Source: a virus. From it: a stretch of 64,000 nucleotides of DNA. The notes beneath the pieces were generated by a model. The model did no database searches. It worked only from the letters and a program-made list of their open reading frames with translations, and was not told where the DNA came from. A program made the translations under genes and the position numbers. Shown here one piece after another: positions 54,031 to 64,000 of this stretch; position 1 is the stretch's first letter, and every line of letters begins with the position of its first letter. The stretch is taken from IMG/VR virus record IMGVR_UViG_3300043429_000131; one strand, given 5' to 3'.

Positions 54031-57000
54031 TATTCCTTGTACGGACTACGCGGGAGTAGGCGCTCTAATGCAGGACGGAGTTTCTCAGATACCCGGATAC
54101 CACGTACAGACATTGCACTTGCTTCAACTTCCCCTTCAACGGCTTTGATGATGGTATCAGCATCCAGCCCAACCATCGGGTTCATACGGTTGAACTCTTT
54201 AAGCGCACGGAATGCCTCGTCTCGACGTGACGGAGTAAACTTCTTGTTGAGGTCTTTAAACAAAGTCAGCACGCGAGTACGATCCGCTTGGATTTTATCC
54301 AGCTCTGCCCTAGCTTGTGCTGCGTCTTCTTGCGTTGCTGCAACCTTAGTGGGGGAGAAGCCCGTAGCAGCGATAGCAATTTCTTTATCGCTTAGCTTGT
54401 CACGAGGAATAATCTTGTCGTCCTTAAGGTTACGCACCCCTTCCTCGTTCAACCTCATAGCCGCTGCAAATCCACGAAGGCCAGCAGGTAGCAACATCTC
54501 TACACCACGCTGAACGTCACCGTCATTTATACGGCGCAGTGCTTCAGATGCGTTTACAGCCAACCCGACGCTGGGGCCCATCATGTTGATCATGAACTCC
54601 TTCAACGCTTCAGGCTCAGACTTACCTGCCTTTAGCTCACGGAACCACAACTGATCCAGCTTCACACGGCTATGGAAGTCGATGTCTGTTGCCCACGAGA
54701 TAGGCCCACGTTCGATAGCTAAGCCTAAGTCTTCGCCAAACTCGTCGCGCAAGAACTTACGGAACCGCAGTTTAGGGTTGCGCTTCTCCGGGTCTTTCTC
54801 ATCTTCACTTGCTAATGACATAGCCCATGTAAGGACTGACACTAACGGCAGACCCAACGCACCCGCAAACATGGCTGTCATACCCAAGGTGCCAATAAAC
54901 TTAGTCGCAGCGGCGCTCCGAACTCCGGGTGGCTGCTTACCAAACATGGCTTTAAAGTTCTTAACCAGATAGAACGTGGTCTGCTGAGCAAACGATTTGA
55001 ACTGCAATATGACGCGGGCTACGTTGCCACGGAAGAATCGGGGCTTATTAAACTCAGAGTAATCAAACATCGCCTCATCAGTTAACCGAGCGGCTTCGTT
55101 CAATCCTTCTTCCATTGCAGTCTTAGCGTCACGCCCAGCCTTAGTAGCACGCTCGTAGGCCAAGTCGTAGGCTGTCATGAACATCACTTCGCGGTTAATC
55201 TTTTCGCTGTGATGGAACAGATAACCCACTGCATTCATTATGCTTACAGTAGACCCACTATATTTTTCCGACGGTGTCCGTGCAAGCTGAAGTGTGTCGT
55301 AGGTCAGCGTCGTATCAATCTTACCCCGGCGCAGGGCTTCCATGTACGCATCACGGCGGTGCCCAGCCAACTTAGAGAGCAACGTAGGAAAGGTAAACTT
55401 GCCGTCTTTATCGGTTGTACCAACTGCCTTGAAGATGTTCATGTTCTTGGCAAGTGCCAAGTTAGCTCGTGGGCCAAACTCACCGTTAAGCACAGGCATG
55501 CCGAACACAAACAGACCCGACAAGTTAGTAATTGCCGAGGCCGGAGCACTCATGTAATACAAGAAGCTGGCGCTGCCAAGGAAGTTAGCAAACTTAGTTG
55601 CTGCTGCATCTGACCGGTCTGGAGACAACACATTCTCCACACGATCTTTCATCTCATCAACCAGCGGCCTAAACAGTATTTCCCGTTGGGGCTTGCCTTC
55701 CGTAGCGTCCCAAGCTCGTGTCACAGCACTGCGCAATTTCTGCCCGTACTCAATCTTTGCTAACTGCACCGAGGTATGGAAGCTGGACTTAGCAAAGTTA
55801 CGTAGTGCGTCCGAACGGAAACCCGCTGTGCCTTTACGGTGAATAAAGTGCTTACGGAAGTTCTGTTCAGGCAGCGTAGAAAAGTACAACTGGTGTATCT
55901 CGTCTTTGAGTGCTGGCTTGTCTACCATGTTGGCGTTATCCACCAACTCAAGAATATCTTTTAGCATCTTGGAAGACCGCATACCTTCGTCAACGGCTTG
56001 TTTAAAGTCGTCGCCCATCGCAAAGATATTACTCTCGTCTTCCTTCAGTGCTTCTACAGTAGTGCCAAGCTCCTTAGCCCGCTGACGCACGAAGAAGTTA
56101 CGCTCGCGTGGGTCCTCAAACATGTAGTACTCCATGTTCGGGCTTTTTGGGTTACCGATACGCACCCAGTATTTACCTTCACGCACTAACGGGAAGTACG
56201 GTTGTGGCAGCTTCTCAAAGTCTTTTTCTAGCTTGGCAATAATCTGCGCTTTGGTCGCGTCGTCTGCTTCCGTTTGCGCTATGCGATCCAACAGTATTTG
56301 TTTGTACTGATCAAACCGTGCTTTATAGAAGTCGCGGATGTCGTTGTACAGCTTCTTACCGTCCGCACCCAGCGCCTCATACATTTGCGTAAGCGTAGCC
56401 GACCGTGTGTCTATCGAAGGGTCAAGCTGGTTGATGGTAGAGAGGTGGATGAGCCGGTTCAAAGTGCGGTACTTACCCGGATTGGCGCGTTGCCATTCAT
56501 GCCAGACCTTAGCCATAGCAGCGGTGTCGTCCAGCATCTTGGACTTAGCGCCGTTCATATCTTCTGCGATGCGCAGCACCTCATCTAACAGCGGATTGCC
56601 ATCAGCGTCGGTCATCTGTTTTGCGGCGTTAAGTTCTGTCAGTTGGCGGGTAGTCAACGCCCCCAACAGAGGGCGGCGGAACTGAGACTCTGTGCCGTTG
56701 TATATGTCAGATACCACATCCTTAGCGTCATCCCAGCTACGCACCTTGATAATCTGACCGATAGTGGTAAGGGCTTCTTCAGGGCTTGCTAGTGGTTGCT
56801 TTAACTTTTTGTCAAAGTCTTCTACCTTCTTACCGTTGTTCTTTATTGCAGCCAGCGTATCAGGTGTAGTGGCTATGATGCTCGCATCACGTGGCAGGCG
56901 CTCACTTAGGAGTGCGTCGGTAGTTACAACTAAGTCTTGGAATGCGGACTGGGAGTTAGCGTCAAAGCCAAACAGCTTGCGGATTGCCTCGACAAAACGC

Positions 57001-59789
57001 GAGAACATAGACATCTTCATCCCCGGCACTTCCGTAGCCAAGAACTGCTGCATCATGTTGTCGGTTAAGCCATACGACACAAACTCACGCACGTCGGTAA
57101 ATGCACCCACTTTGTTCAGCGCGTCAAGGTAAGGCGTGGAGCGCCCCTCTGCTTTAGCAACACGATACACAAGCTCAGCCCGGTTCATCGTCTTTTGCAT
57201 CATCTGAGCAAATGCTTGCAAAGCGGGCGCAGTGTCTAGCTCACCACGTTCAGCCAGAGCCAGTGCGTAATCCAAACGCAGTGTAGTAGCAGCGTGCAAT
57301 GCCTCATGCAGAATCGTCGTGTTGTTTACGCCGTTGACATCACCAAAGCTCTCATCCCGCACATAGATAGTCTTGCGAGACTCAGAGTACACACCTTGGG
57401 TGGTGTCTTTAAACGCCTTACTTATTTCTGCGGGTAGCTTAGTATCTGGGCGGATTACGACAAACTGTACACCCTTGACCGCATTCAACAGACGTTGAGC
57501 CAGCAGCTTTTCAAACGGCTTGCCGGTGTTCATTATCCGGCGCAGTGCCTGCTGTGCAGTTGTGGCTGTCCCAAACTTAGGGTCTGCCGTGTCCGACATA
57601 TAAATGCTTGTGGACTTAAGAGGTGCCCTGCCCTGCTCCGCTTTATACGAAGCGTAAAGCTCTTTGTACTGCGCCTGCTCTTGTGGAGTGAACTGCGCTA
57701 CGGCTTCCCGCGCTATCCGACCAGCCTTAGTGTCGCGGCGTGTAGGGTCTACGCTGGCGATGTACAAGTACATCTTGTTGTTCCACAAGTCTTCCTTGCG
57801 GGCAGTCTCGGCTTCTTCGTACGCGGTCTGCGCTTCCTCGGCGCTAACTCCGCGCTTAGCGAACTGCTCGGGGGCCAACCCTAATGATAGTTTCTGGACA
57901 GCCTTAGCCCGGCCCTCGATGTCACGAGCGTCTTGAATTAAATCAGCAGCTTGCGCTTTGCGTTCTTCCGGCGTTTTTGCAATCTCAGACTTTTTGCGTC
58001 CACCACCCGGTGCACGTTTGCGTGCGGGGGTTTCGGCTTGCTCAGCTATGGCTGCGACGGTAGCGGCTGTTTCTTGCGGTCTTTCTTCTTTTGCTTCGAC
58101 GGTTTCAAGGGCTTCAGCGACACGTGGTTCCTCCGTGGGTGTAACGATTTCTTGGGCAGCAGGCTGGGTTACAGGCTCAGCAGCTTCAGGAACAGGCGCT
58201 GCTTCCACCGCTTCGGCTGGGGCAACTTGTACAACAGGCTGTACAGCTTCCGGAGTAACTCCAGCTGCTTCAACGGGGGCTGCTTCTCCCACCATTTCAG
58301 TAGGAGCAATAGGAGCCACAGCAGTAGGTTCAGCCACAGGAGCACGTTGTGCAACGACAAAGCCGCCATCTGGGGCCTCCGTAATTTCTAGCTGTTCTTT
58401 GTTCTCAAGCGTATCCAGCACAGCCTGTGCTTGCTCAAGCGTTGGTAGCGGTGGGGTTAGTGGAGTTGACTGTACTGCTGCTCCAGTAATAGGTTCTCCA
58501 ACAAGTTGCTCAGCAGTAGCCAGTCCAGATGCGAGAGGTGCTTCAACTCCTGCGGCAGCGGCGTCAACTCCTCCGACAGGCATACTAGTGCTAGGCTCAA
58601 CTGCTCCGTTGACAGCTGGTGAAGGTTCGACGACATCAGCAACTCCTTCCTCGGGTACAACAGGACCCATCTCTTGTTCAATCAGTGTTTGCAGGCGGTC
58701 CAGTTCTCTCTGCTCCTGCGTAGCCGCACGGCGTTCCGTAGCAACTTCAGTTACCCCAGTGGTTGCACCAAGACCAGCACCAGCAGCAGCTTCCAACGTA
58801 CCTTGCGCCACAACACCACGCATAGTAGGCACATCAAAGCCTTCTTCTTGGAGAGCAAGGTTCTTGGCCAGTTGTTCTTGTGCGCCTTGGAGGAACTCAG
58901 GACCGGCTTCTTTTGCGGCAGACTTCGCCGCTGTACCCAGATAACCTTTGACAGCTTGCTCGGCTACGTCTTCTGCAATATCTGCTGCACCTTTGCGGGC
59001 AAGCTTATTGGCGATCATGCGGGCAATAGCTGGTTGGGCACCAGTAATAGCTTCAAGCGTACCAAGGCCAGCGCCTGTGGTAATCATGCCCATGTTCTCG
59101 CCAAAGTACTCCTGTGCCTTTACAGCCCGCGCTTCGGCTTCAGCCGGTTTCAAACCAGCCTTAATAAGTTCTTCCGCAACAGTTTCGTAAATAGCACCCT
59201 TGATGGTACCCGCACCCATGACGGAACCCACTGCCGCCGTAGTACCGAGAACAGCAGCCGCAGGCGCACCTGCCAAAGTAGCTGTAAGCCCTGCAATAAT
59301 AGCTGGGCCGGATGTACCTAGCGCGTTGACAATGGTGTCTACTGGAGCAACAGACAAAGCCTTGACACCTGCTACCACTTGATCAGCTATGCCTTTGTCT
59401 TCGGCATCTTTCATGATCCGCGCCATCTCACGCGAGTCTTGTTTGGACTGCGCAGACATCAAACTTGCTAGGTGGTCTTCTACAGAGCGTAGATTCTTAG
59501 ATACAGAAGAGTTTGCGCCAAACGCATCAGAGATAAGCCGAACGCCGGTAACTGCACCTTTTTGAAGTTGCAATGGAATATCCGCAACCTGCCGGAATAC
59601 AGACTGGTCTTCAGGTGTCGGCTCGGCGGTCTTAGTGCGAGCGTCAATGAACTGAGTAGGCTGCGCTTCCTCAAAGGAAAACGACGTGGGTTTAACCGGA
59701 GCTACTGCTTCCTCGAAAGAGAAGGACTGCGGCTGCTGTGGTTGCGGATTGGGCCGCAGCGCATCTTCAAACGAAAAAGAGTTCGCCAT
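54030..59789 (-). CDS. large internal virion/ejection protein (polyvalent type, HExxH metallopeptidase-like domain)
   Basis: 1919 aa; TILHEALHA zincin motif with downstream EFVSYGL; C-terminal half resembles podovirus gp16/LPD-type ejection proteins. Confidence 0.75.
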   Translation of the reverse strand: MANSFSFEDALRPNPQPQQPQSFSFEEAVAPVKPTSFSFEEAQPTQFIDARTKTAEPTPEDQSVFRQVADIPLQLQKGAVTGVRLISDAFGANSSVSKNLRSVEDHLASLMSAQSKQDSREMARIMKDAEDKGIADQVVAGVKALSVAPVDTIVNALGTSGPAIIAGLTATLAGAPAAAVLGTTAAVGSVMGAGTIKGAIYETVAEELIKAGLKPAEAEARAVKAQEYFGENMGMITTGAGLGTLEAITGAQPAIARMIANKLARKGAADIAEDVAEQAVKGYLGTAAKSAAKEAGPEFLQGAQEQLAKNLALQEEGFDVPTMRGVVAQGTLEAAAGAGLGATTGVTEVATERRAATQEQRELDRLQTLIEQEMGPVVPEEGVADVVEPSPAVNGAVEPSTSMPVGGVDAAAAGVEAPLASGLATAEQLVGEPITGAAVQSTPLTPPLPTLEQAQAVLDTLENKEQLEITEAPDGGFVVAQRAPVAEPTAVAPIAPTEMVGEAAPVEAAGVTPEAVQPVVQVAPAEAVEAAPVPEAAEPVTQPAAQEIVTPTEEPRVAEALETVEAKEERPQETAATVAAIAEQAETPARKRAPGGGRKKSEIAKTPEERKAQAADLIQDARDIEGRAKAVQKLSLGLAPEQFAKRGVSAEEAQTAYEEAETARKEDLWNNKMYLYIASVDPTRRDTKAGRIAREAVAQFTPQEQAQYKELYASYKAEQGRAPLKSTSIYMSDTADPKFGTATTAQQALRRIMNTGKPFEKLLAQRLLNAVKGVQFVVIRPDTKLPAEISKAFKDTTQGVYSESRKTIYVRDESFGDVNGVNNTTILHEALHAATTLRLDYALALAERGELDTAPALQAFAQMMQKTMNRAELVYRVAKAEGRSTPYLDALNKVGAFTDVREFVSYGLTDNMMQQFLATEVPGMKMSMFSRFVEAIRKLFGFDANSQSAFQDLVVTTDALLSERLPRDASIIATTPDTLAAIKNNGKKVEDFDKKLKQPLASPEEALTTIGQIIKVRSWDDAKDVVSDIYNGTESQFRRPLLGALTTRQLTELNAAKQMTDADGNPLLDEVLRIAEDMNGAKSKMLDDTAAMAKVWHEWQRANPGKYRTLNRLIHLSTINQLDPSIDTRSATLTQMYEALGADGKKLYNDIRDFYKARFDQYKQILLDRIAQTEADDATKAQIIAKLEKDFEKLPQPYFPLVREGKYWVRIGNPKSPNMEYYMFEDPRERNFFVRQRAKELGTTVEALKEDESNIFAMGDDFKQAVDEGMRSSKMLKDILELVDNANMVDKPALKDEIHQLYFSTLPEQNFRKHFIHRKGTAGFRSDALRNFAKSSFHTSVQLAKIEYGQKLRSAVTRAWDATEGKPQREILFRPLVDEMKDRVENVLSPDRSDAAATKFANFLGSASFLYYMSAPASAITNLSGLFVFGMPVLNGEFGPRANLALAKNMNIFKAVGTTDKDGKFTFPTLLSKLAGHRRDAYMEALRRGKIDTTLTYDTLQLARTPSEKYSGSTVSIMNAVGYLFHHSEKINREVMFMTAYDLAYERATKAGRDAKTAMEEGLNEAARLTDEAMFDYSEFNKPRFFRGNVARVILQFKSFAQQTTFYLVKNFKAMFGKQPPGVRSAAATKFIGTLGMTAMFAGALGLPLVSVLTWAMSLASEDEKDPEKRNPKLRFRKFLRDEFGEDLGLAIERGPISWATDIDFHSRVKLDQLWFRELKAGKSEPEALKEFMINMMGPSVGLAVNASEALRRINDGDVQRGVEMLLPAGLRGFAAAMRLNEEGVRNLKDDKIIPRDKLSDKEIAIAATGFSPTKVAATQEDAAQARAELDKIQADRTRVLTLFKDLNKKFTPSRRDEAFRALKEFNRMNPMVGLDADTIIKAVEGEVEASAMSVRGIRVSEKLRPALERLLPRSPYKE

Positions 59790-59791
59790 AG

Positions 59792-62215
59792 TTAAATAGG
59801 ATCAAATGCAGTGCCGTTCCAGCGTGCTGGGCCTCGTGCAGTATTGTATATCTGCCCTTTTTGCAGTTCTGCTTTGCTTGTAGGCATAGGTAATGCGTTA
59901 GCCGGAGGTGGAGGCGTAGTAGCACCGGGCCCCGGAATCTGGGATTGAATATCCCTAGCGATTTGCGCTTCCCGTGCAGCTATTTGAGCTTGGATTGCAG
60001 GTTTATCTTTCGGGTCAGCTCCCATCAACTGCAGGTTCAGGTCTTTCAGGACAATATCTTTAGCCTTAGCATCAGTAATGCGACCTTGCACTGTAGCTTC
60101 TAAGCGTCCAGCACCGTAAGGATCAACCTTCAACAAGTTAGCTGAGTCACGTGCAGCGTTACCTTCAATGACCGCCATCTGCTGTGCGTTAGGCTGCTGC
60201 CCTGTACGAGCTACAAACTCTGCAACGCCTTGGTTGACCAGTTTACCAAGCACGTCACGGTTGTAATCCAATCTACCCGCAGCCGCACGAGTTGCTGCGA
60301 CCTGAGCCATACCCACTTTCTCAGTAGACGCAATCTGTTCTTTTTTGAGCTGTATGTCGGCCAATGCTTTGTTTTTATCCGCCTCAAGGCCGTACAGTTT
60401 AGCTTTGCGATCCTCTATCCGATCCGCAATCTTATTAGCCTCACCATACCGCTGCATTTTCTCCGCCCGCTCGTAACGCGCTGTGTCCAGACGTAGCTTG
60501 TTGGCTTCCTTCTCGGACTCACGCTTGAGCTTCTCGAACTCTTTCATGTTGCGCCCAGCCGCAGCACCTGCTTTACCCAGTGCAGTAGCAAACGGTACCG
60601 GCTCACCAAACGCCGCCATCATCTCAAATGCCGCAGCAGCCTTAGCGTTAGACTCAGCCTGTGGGCCAAGCTCAGACGCCTTAGCCACTTTTTCAGCCAG
60701 TTCAACTGACCGGTCAGGACCAAGGAACTTCTCCAACCGAGCCAAACCTTTTTCTTCCGCACCGGCCCGCTCTTCTTCCGTCATCAAAGCTTTGGATGGG
60801 TCCAGTGCACGAAGCGCAGCTACGTCGTCCGCAGGGGCGGGGGCGGCTTTAACCTCTTTACCTTTAGCGAACGCCACGATGCCGCCGCCACGCATAGCAG
60901 GTTCTTCTGAGGTTTCGCCCACTGCTGTATCTGCAAACATAGTCGCAGGGAGTGGGGCCGTAGCAATACCCGAGTCAGCAGCTTCATCAGCCGCAACCAT
61001 TTCTTCTTTAATAGTAGATTGGGGGATGGACTCAGCCAGAATATTAGCGTTGCGCATCCGTGCGTTTAGCGACTTCTGTTCCTGCACCAGCGCCAGTGTT
61101 GTAGCGTCACCCGCACCTTGCGCCACCTGATCCAACTGCTCATCAGACATATCGCCCAGTGCAGCACGTAGTTTCTCGATAGGCATCGTATTAGGCACAG
61201 AGCCTTGTGGCGCAGCATCCGCAATACCACCCTCGGCCATCTTGATGATGCCACCATCCTTCTTCATCATCTGCGAGACGCCATAAGCGCCAAGACCCAA
61301 CTGAGCAAGCTGGGATGTTATCGGAGGCGGTGCCTGATACTGCACTTGAGTCTGCTGGCCGAGCGGAACACCGCGCAGGATATCCGACATAAATGCCAAC
61401 TGCTGCTGTGGGTAGCCACGCTGAGACAAGAAGTCTTGGTAGGCTTGGCTAAGTTTCTGCTGTTCCAGACCCTGCTGCTGAGCACCTGCCGCTGCCTGCG
61501 CTTGGATTGCACCTTGTTGCTGACCGAACTGAGTCTGACCTAATTGACCCAGCGTGCCCGCCAGTTGCCCTGCCATACCATAGCCACGAAGACCGATATC
61601 TGCGCCAAACTGCTGAGCCTGACGTGCTTGCTCGTATGCAGTCTGCATACCTCTACCGTAGATGTCAGCCTGTTGCTGGCCTAAGTTACGCTGACGCTCA
61701 GCTTCCATGATCCCAAACCGGGACCCACCAAAAGCACCTGCGCGTACAGCCTGACCTGCGTTTTGTTGGCCCTGAATTGCAGATGCTCGTGCGGCTTCTC
61801 TGAGCGCCGGGGCCATAGCGCCCTCGATATACGGCGACATATACGCCTGCATAGAGCCGGGAGATGTAGCTTGCTGTGCGTACTGCTGACCTGCACCCAA
61901 AGCCCCAAGCCCACCCAACCCCGCGAGTTGTGTACCAACACCAAGTTGTTTTGCGGGGCCAAGATTAGCTGCACCTTGAAAGGCTTGCTCTTGCATCGGG
62001 GTAAAACCAGCTACGCGTTCGCCGCCATATGCCTGATATGGAGACTCTGAAAAAGCCTCGGCCTTACCCAGCATGCGTTCGACATAGGGCCGAGCATACT
62101 CAGGGATCGTCGTTGTGGTTTGTGTAGTGCTTTGGGGTTGGCTACTACCTCCGCCGCCGGGGTAAAGTCTGTTATTGCCGCCGATATAGCCGTTGAATTT
62201 ATTACGGATAATCAT
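59792..62215 (-). CDS. internal virion/ejection protein
   Basis: 807 aa; GGGS..Q.T..TIPEYARPY, GAFGGSR, QLAF.SDILRG Gln/Ala-rich pilot-protein pattern. Confidence 0.7.
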   Translation of the reverse strand: MIIRNKFNGYIGGNNRLYPGGGGSSQPQSTTQTTTTIPEYARPYVERMLGKAEAFSESPYQAYGGERVAGFTPMQEQAFQGAANLGPAKQLGVGTQLAGLGGLGALGAGQQYAQQATSPGSMQAYMSPYIEGAMAPALREAARASAIQGQQNAGQAVRAGAFGGSRFGIMEAERQRNLGQQQADIYGRGMQTAYEQARQAQQFGADIGLRGYGMAGQLAGTLGQLGQTQFGQQQGAIQAQAAAGAQQQGLEQQKLSQAYQDFLSQRGYPQQQLAFMSDILRGVPLGQQTQVQYQAPPPITSQLAQLGLGAYGVSQMMKKDGGIIKMAEGGIADAAPQGSVPNTMPIEKLRAALGDMSDEQLDQVAQGAGDATTLALVQEQKSLNARMRNANILAESIPQSTIKEEMVAADEAADSGIATAPLPATMFADTAVGETSEEPAMRGGGIVAFAKGKEVKAAPAPADDVAALRALDPSKALMTEEERAGAEEKGLARLEKFLGPDRSVELAEKVAKASELGPQAESNAKAAAAFEMMAAFGEPVPFATALGKAGAAAGRNMKEFEKLKRESEKEANKLRLDTARYERAEKMQRYGEANKIADRIEDRKAKLYGLEADKNKALADIQLKKEQIASTEKVGMAQVAATRAAAGRLDYNRDVLGKLVNQGVAEFVARTGQQPNAQQMAVIEGNAARDSANLLKVDPYGAGRLEATVQGRITDAKAKDIVLKDLNLQLMGADPKDKPAIQAQIAAREAQIARDIQSQIPGPGATTPPPPANALPMPTSKAELQKGQIYNTARGPARWNGTAFDPI

Positions 62216-62616
62216 AATTTTGCCCCTACGATCCTATACTTTTCCTCGAACCCATACCGCTTCCACAATCTAGCGATAGATTCTCTGGCAGCGCCTTCAA
62301 TAGCGGTTGCGCCAAACGCCTTAAGCAAGTCAGAAAACTGCTGGAACGTATCCTTGCTAGATATTAACTTGCCACCCATAGCCACAACAAACGCAACCCG
62401 ATCGTTCGGGCGGTTAAAAAACTGCACTGCAGACGCGCCTTTAATCTCTCCTGCCTCGTCTACAGCAACCACAAGAGTCCATGCCCCCGTAGCTATAAAT
62501 ACTTTGACGTGCTCAATCGTGTAATCAGTCTGGTAATCCAGCGCCCAGCGAATGTAATCTTCGACTTTGGGCCAGACTTGGTTTACGTATTCTAAGTGTA
62601 CGTGTTGTATCTTCAT
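62212..62616 (-). CDS. GNAT-like virion protein (T7 gp13-like position)
   Basis: AFVVAMGG...AIEGAARESIARLW.RYGF; located among ejection genes. Confidence 0.6.
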   Translation of the reverse strand: MKIQHVHLEYVNQVWPKVEDYIRWALDYQTDYTIEHVKVFIATGAWTLVVAVDEAGEIKGASAVQFFNRPNDRVAFVVAMGGKLISSKDTFQQFSDLLKAFGATAIEGAARESIARLWKRYGFEEKYRIVGAKL

Positions 62617-64000
62617 GCAGGCAGATGCTTTTCGGATTTGCTATCTACTGCAACCTTACCTTTCCCCACTGATTTACGCCGCCCTTTTTGTACTCGGTCC
62701 ATCATCGCGTAGAGCTTACGGGCACCGGCCTCAGTTGAACCGTTGCCGAGTTCGGAAACAATACGTGCGGGAACCACAAACTCACCATCAGCAAGACGAG
62801 CAGGCTGGCGCTTGCCAATAACAGCAGGGATAGAATCCGAAACTCCATCACCGGGCCCTTTCAAGAGTCGTCCACCATCAGAGTAATCACCAAGGTTAGC
62901 CTCACCACCGACGTTACCACCTCTAGCGTAACCACCGTAACCGCCGTATCCAGCAAGTTGTTGGTTCATGTAGTCGTAGAATCCGCCGAGCCCCAGCTGT
63001 TGTTCAGGCGACTGGTACGCAGGGATGTTTATAGGCGCTGCTTGCTGCGCTTGCGCGGGCCCCATAGCCGGGGTAGCAATACCACCAGAAATCTTAGTGC
63101 CTGAGTTCTTTACTGGTTGTGGTGTGGGTGCCGCATACCCAACACCGCTCATGCCCATAGCACCGCCGATAACCCCGCGACTTGGTATGATAGTAGGCAC
63201 ACTTAGCTGCGTAAACTGCAATGTTTGAGGGTCAAACGAATACTTATAGCCCCCTTCAGTTTTTGCTTCTCCACCCTCGGCAAAGCGTGGTTCTCCTGAG
63301 TAAGCACCCACCCCAGCATCGGCGCTTGGCGCGATCACGTTAGTAGCTTCAGGGCGCTGCATTAATGGGTTTGAATACACAGGTGTGTTAATCCCGGCCA
63401 TTGGGTAGCCTGTGTTTGACCCGACAGCATTCATTGCCGCCATTTGCTCAACTGGACCACCCACTGCGTATGCAGAAGCAATACCACCTTCAGCTTTTTC
63501 AGTGGCTCTGTAGGGTTCCCCGGCAGTATAAGTAGGGTTGAAATACATTCGCTCACTGGTCGAACCCCCCGGTTCATATGCAGCGCCGGTCGCGTTGTAG
63601 TCAAATTCATAAGGCCGGATCATTGCATTAGACTCAGGCGTCTTAACCTTTGACGGTTGCATCAGCTTCGTTACACCCATCGCGCCAAGCCCCGCCATTG
63701 CACTGGTAGCGTAGGGGTGCTCAGTAGCGTAGTCCTTTACACCCTGTATGCTGGGGTTCTGTATCAGATTGCCAAGATTCTGCATGAAGCCTTCACCGGG
63801 CATAACACCAGACATAGCCGATGTATCCGCTGGGAGCGCCGCCGAACCCGCGCTTTTAAGTTGGGCGGTTTGCATTTGCCCTGCGAGGTTGGGAGCTTGT
63901 TGAGATGCAAGTGCCTGCCCTTGCTGAGCGGCGTACCCTGTGGTCTTTGAACCTAACCCCGCTGCGGTTTGTGCCGCCTGTTGTTGCGCCGCCGCAAGTT
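62613..64000 (-). CDS. internal virion protein, 5' end beyond window
   Basis: frame stays open from 63875 to 64000; repeated [FY]AxGG and GPGDGVSDSIPA...LADGEFV motif. Confidence 0.75.
   Translation of the reverse strand, partial: LAAAQQQAAQTAAGLGSKTTGYAAQQGQALASQQAPNLAGQMQTAQLKSAGSAALPADTSAMSGVMPGEGFMQNLGNLIQNPSIQGVKDYATEHPYATSAMAGLGAMGVTKLMQPSKVKTPESNAMIRPYEFDYNATGAAYEPGGSTSERMYFNPTYTAGEPYRATEKAEGGIASAYAVGGPVEQMAAMNAVGSNTGYPMAGINTPVYSNPLMQRPEATNVIAPSADAGVGAYSGEPRFAEGGEAKTEGGYKYSFDPQTLQFTQLSVPTIIPSRGVIGGAMGMSGVGYAAPTPQPVKNSGTKISGGIATPAMGPAQAQQAAPINIPAYQSPEQQLGLGGFYDYMNQQLAGYGGYGGYARGGNVGGEANLGDYSDGGRLLKGPGDGVSDSIPAVIGKRQPARLADGEFVVPARIVSELGNGSTEAGARKLYAMMDRVQKGRRKSVGKGKVAVDSKSEKHLPA

Noticed and set aside
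57951-59321. Long plus-strand ORFs (e.g. 57958-58944, 58674-59321)
   Set aside because: Antisense shadows of the Ala/Pro/Glu-rich linker of the 1919-aa gene; no RBS or recognisable motifs
1-64000. Integrase, tRNA genes, stop-codon recoding
   Set aside because: No recombinase motifs or cloverleafs were seen by eye, and core genes are full length in the standard code; a tRNAscan/HMM search would be needed to exclude them fully

Overview
The window is a near-complete genome of a tailed dsDNA phage with podovirus-like architecture. Its host is a Gram-negative bacterium (SAR-type lysozyme plus embedded Rz/Rz1 spanins); a betaproteobacterial host is only my impression. Both ends cut virion genes, so the missing part is probably short. 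The minus strand carries the morphogenesis arm: terS, terL, portal, GroES, scaffold, major capsid, a free-standing GIY-YIG endonuclease, a cluster of small Lys-rich proteins, adaptor/tail genes, modular tail fibres and lysis genes (1-26.9 kb), plus ejection/internal proteins (54-64 kb). The plus strand carries the early/middle arm (27.2-54 kb): many small ORFs, a MoxR-type AAA + metallopeptidase/VWA pair, and a replication module (VRR-NUC, family A polymerase with Leu762, Cas4-like nuclease, SNF2 helicase, AEP/DUF927 primase-helicase). I saw no integrase, tRNA, CRISPR array or reverse transcriptase. Three signals stand out. (1) A 13-bp palindrome, CTAACAWTGTTAG, occurs as 13 perfect and at least 7 near-perfect copies, all found in the early/middle arm. 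The copies sit at promoters, over start codons and inside CDSs, and they surround a divergent ribbon-helix-helix gene. (2) A candidate ~70-nt small RNA at 53959-54029 is complementary to the ribosome-binding regions of several middle genes. (3) A recurring [FYM]-x-x-GG motif is shared by small basic proteins and ejection proteins. All assignments come from reading motifs and synteny by eye; no searches were run.
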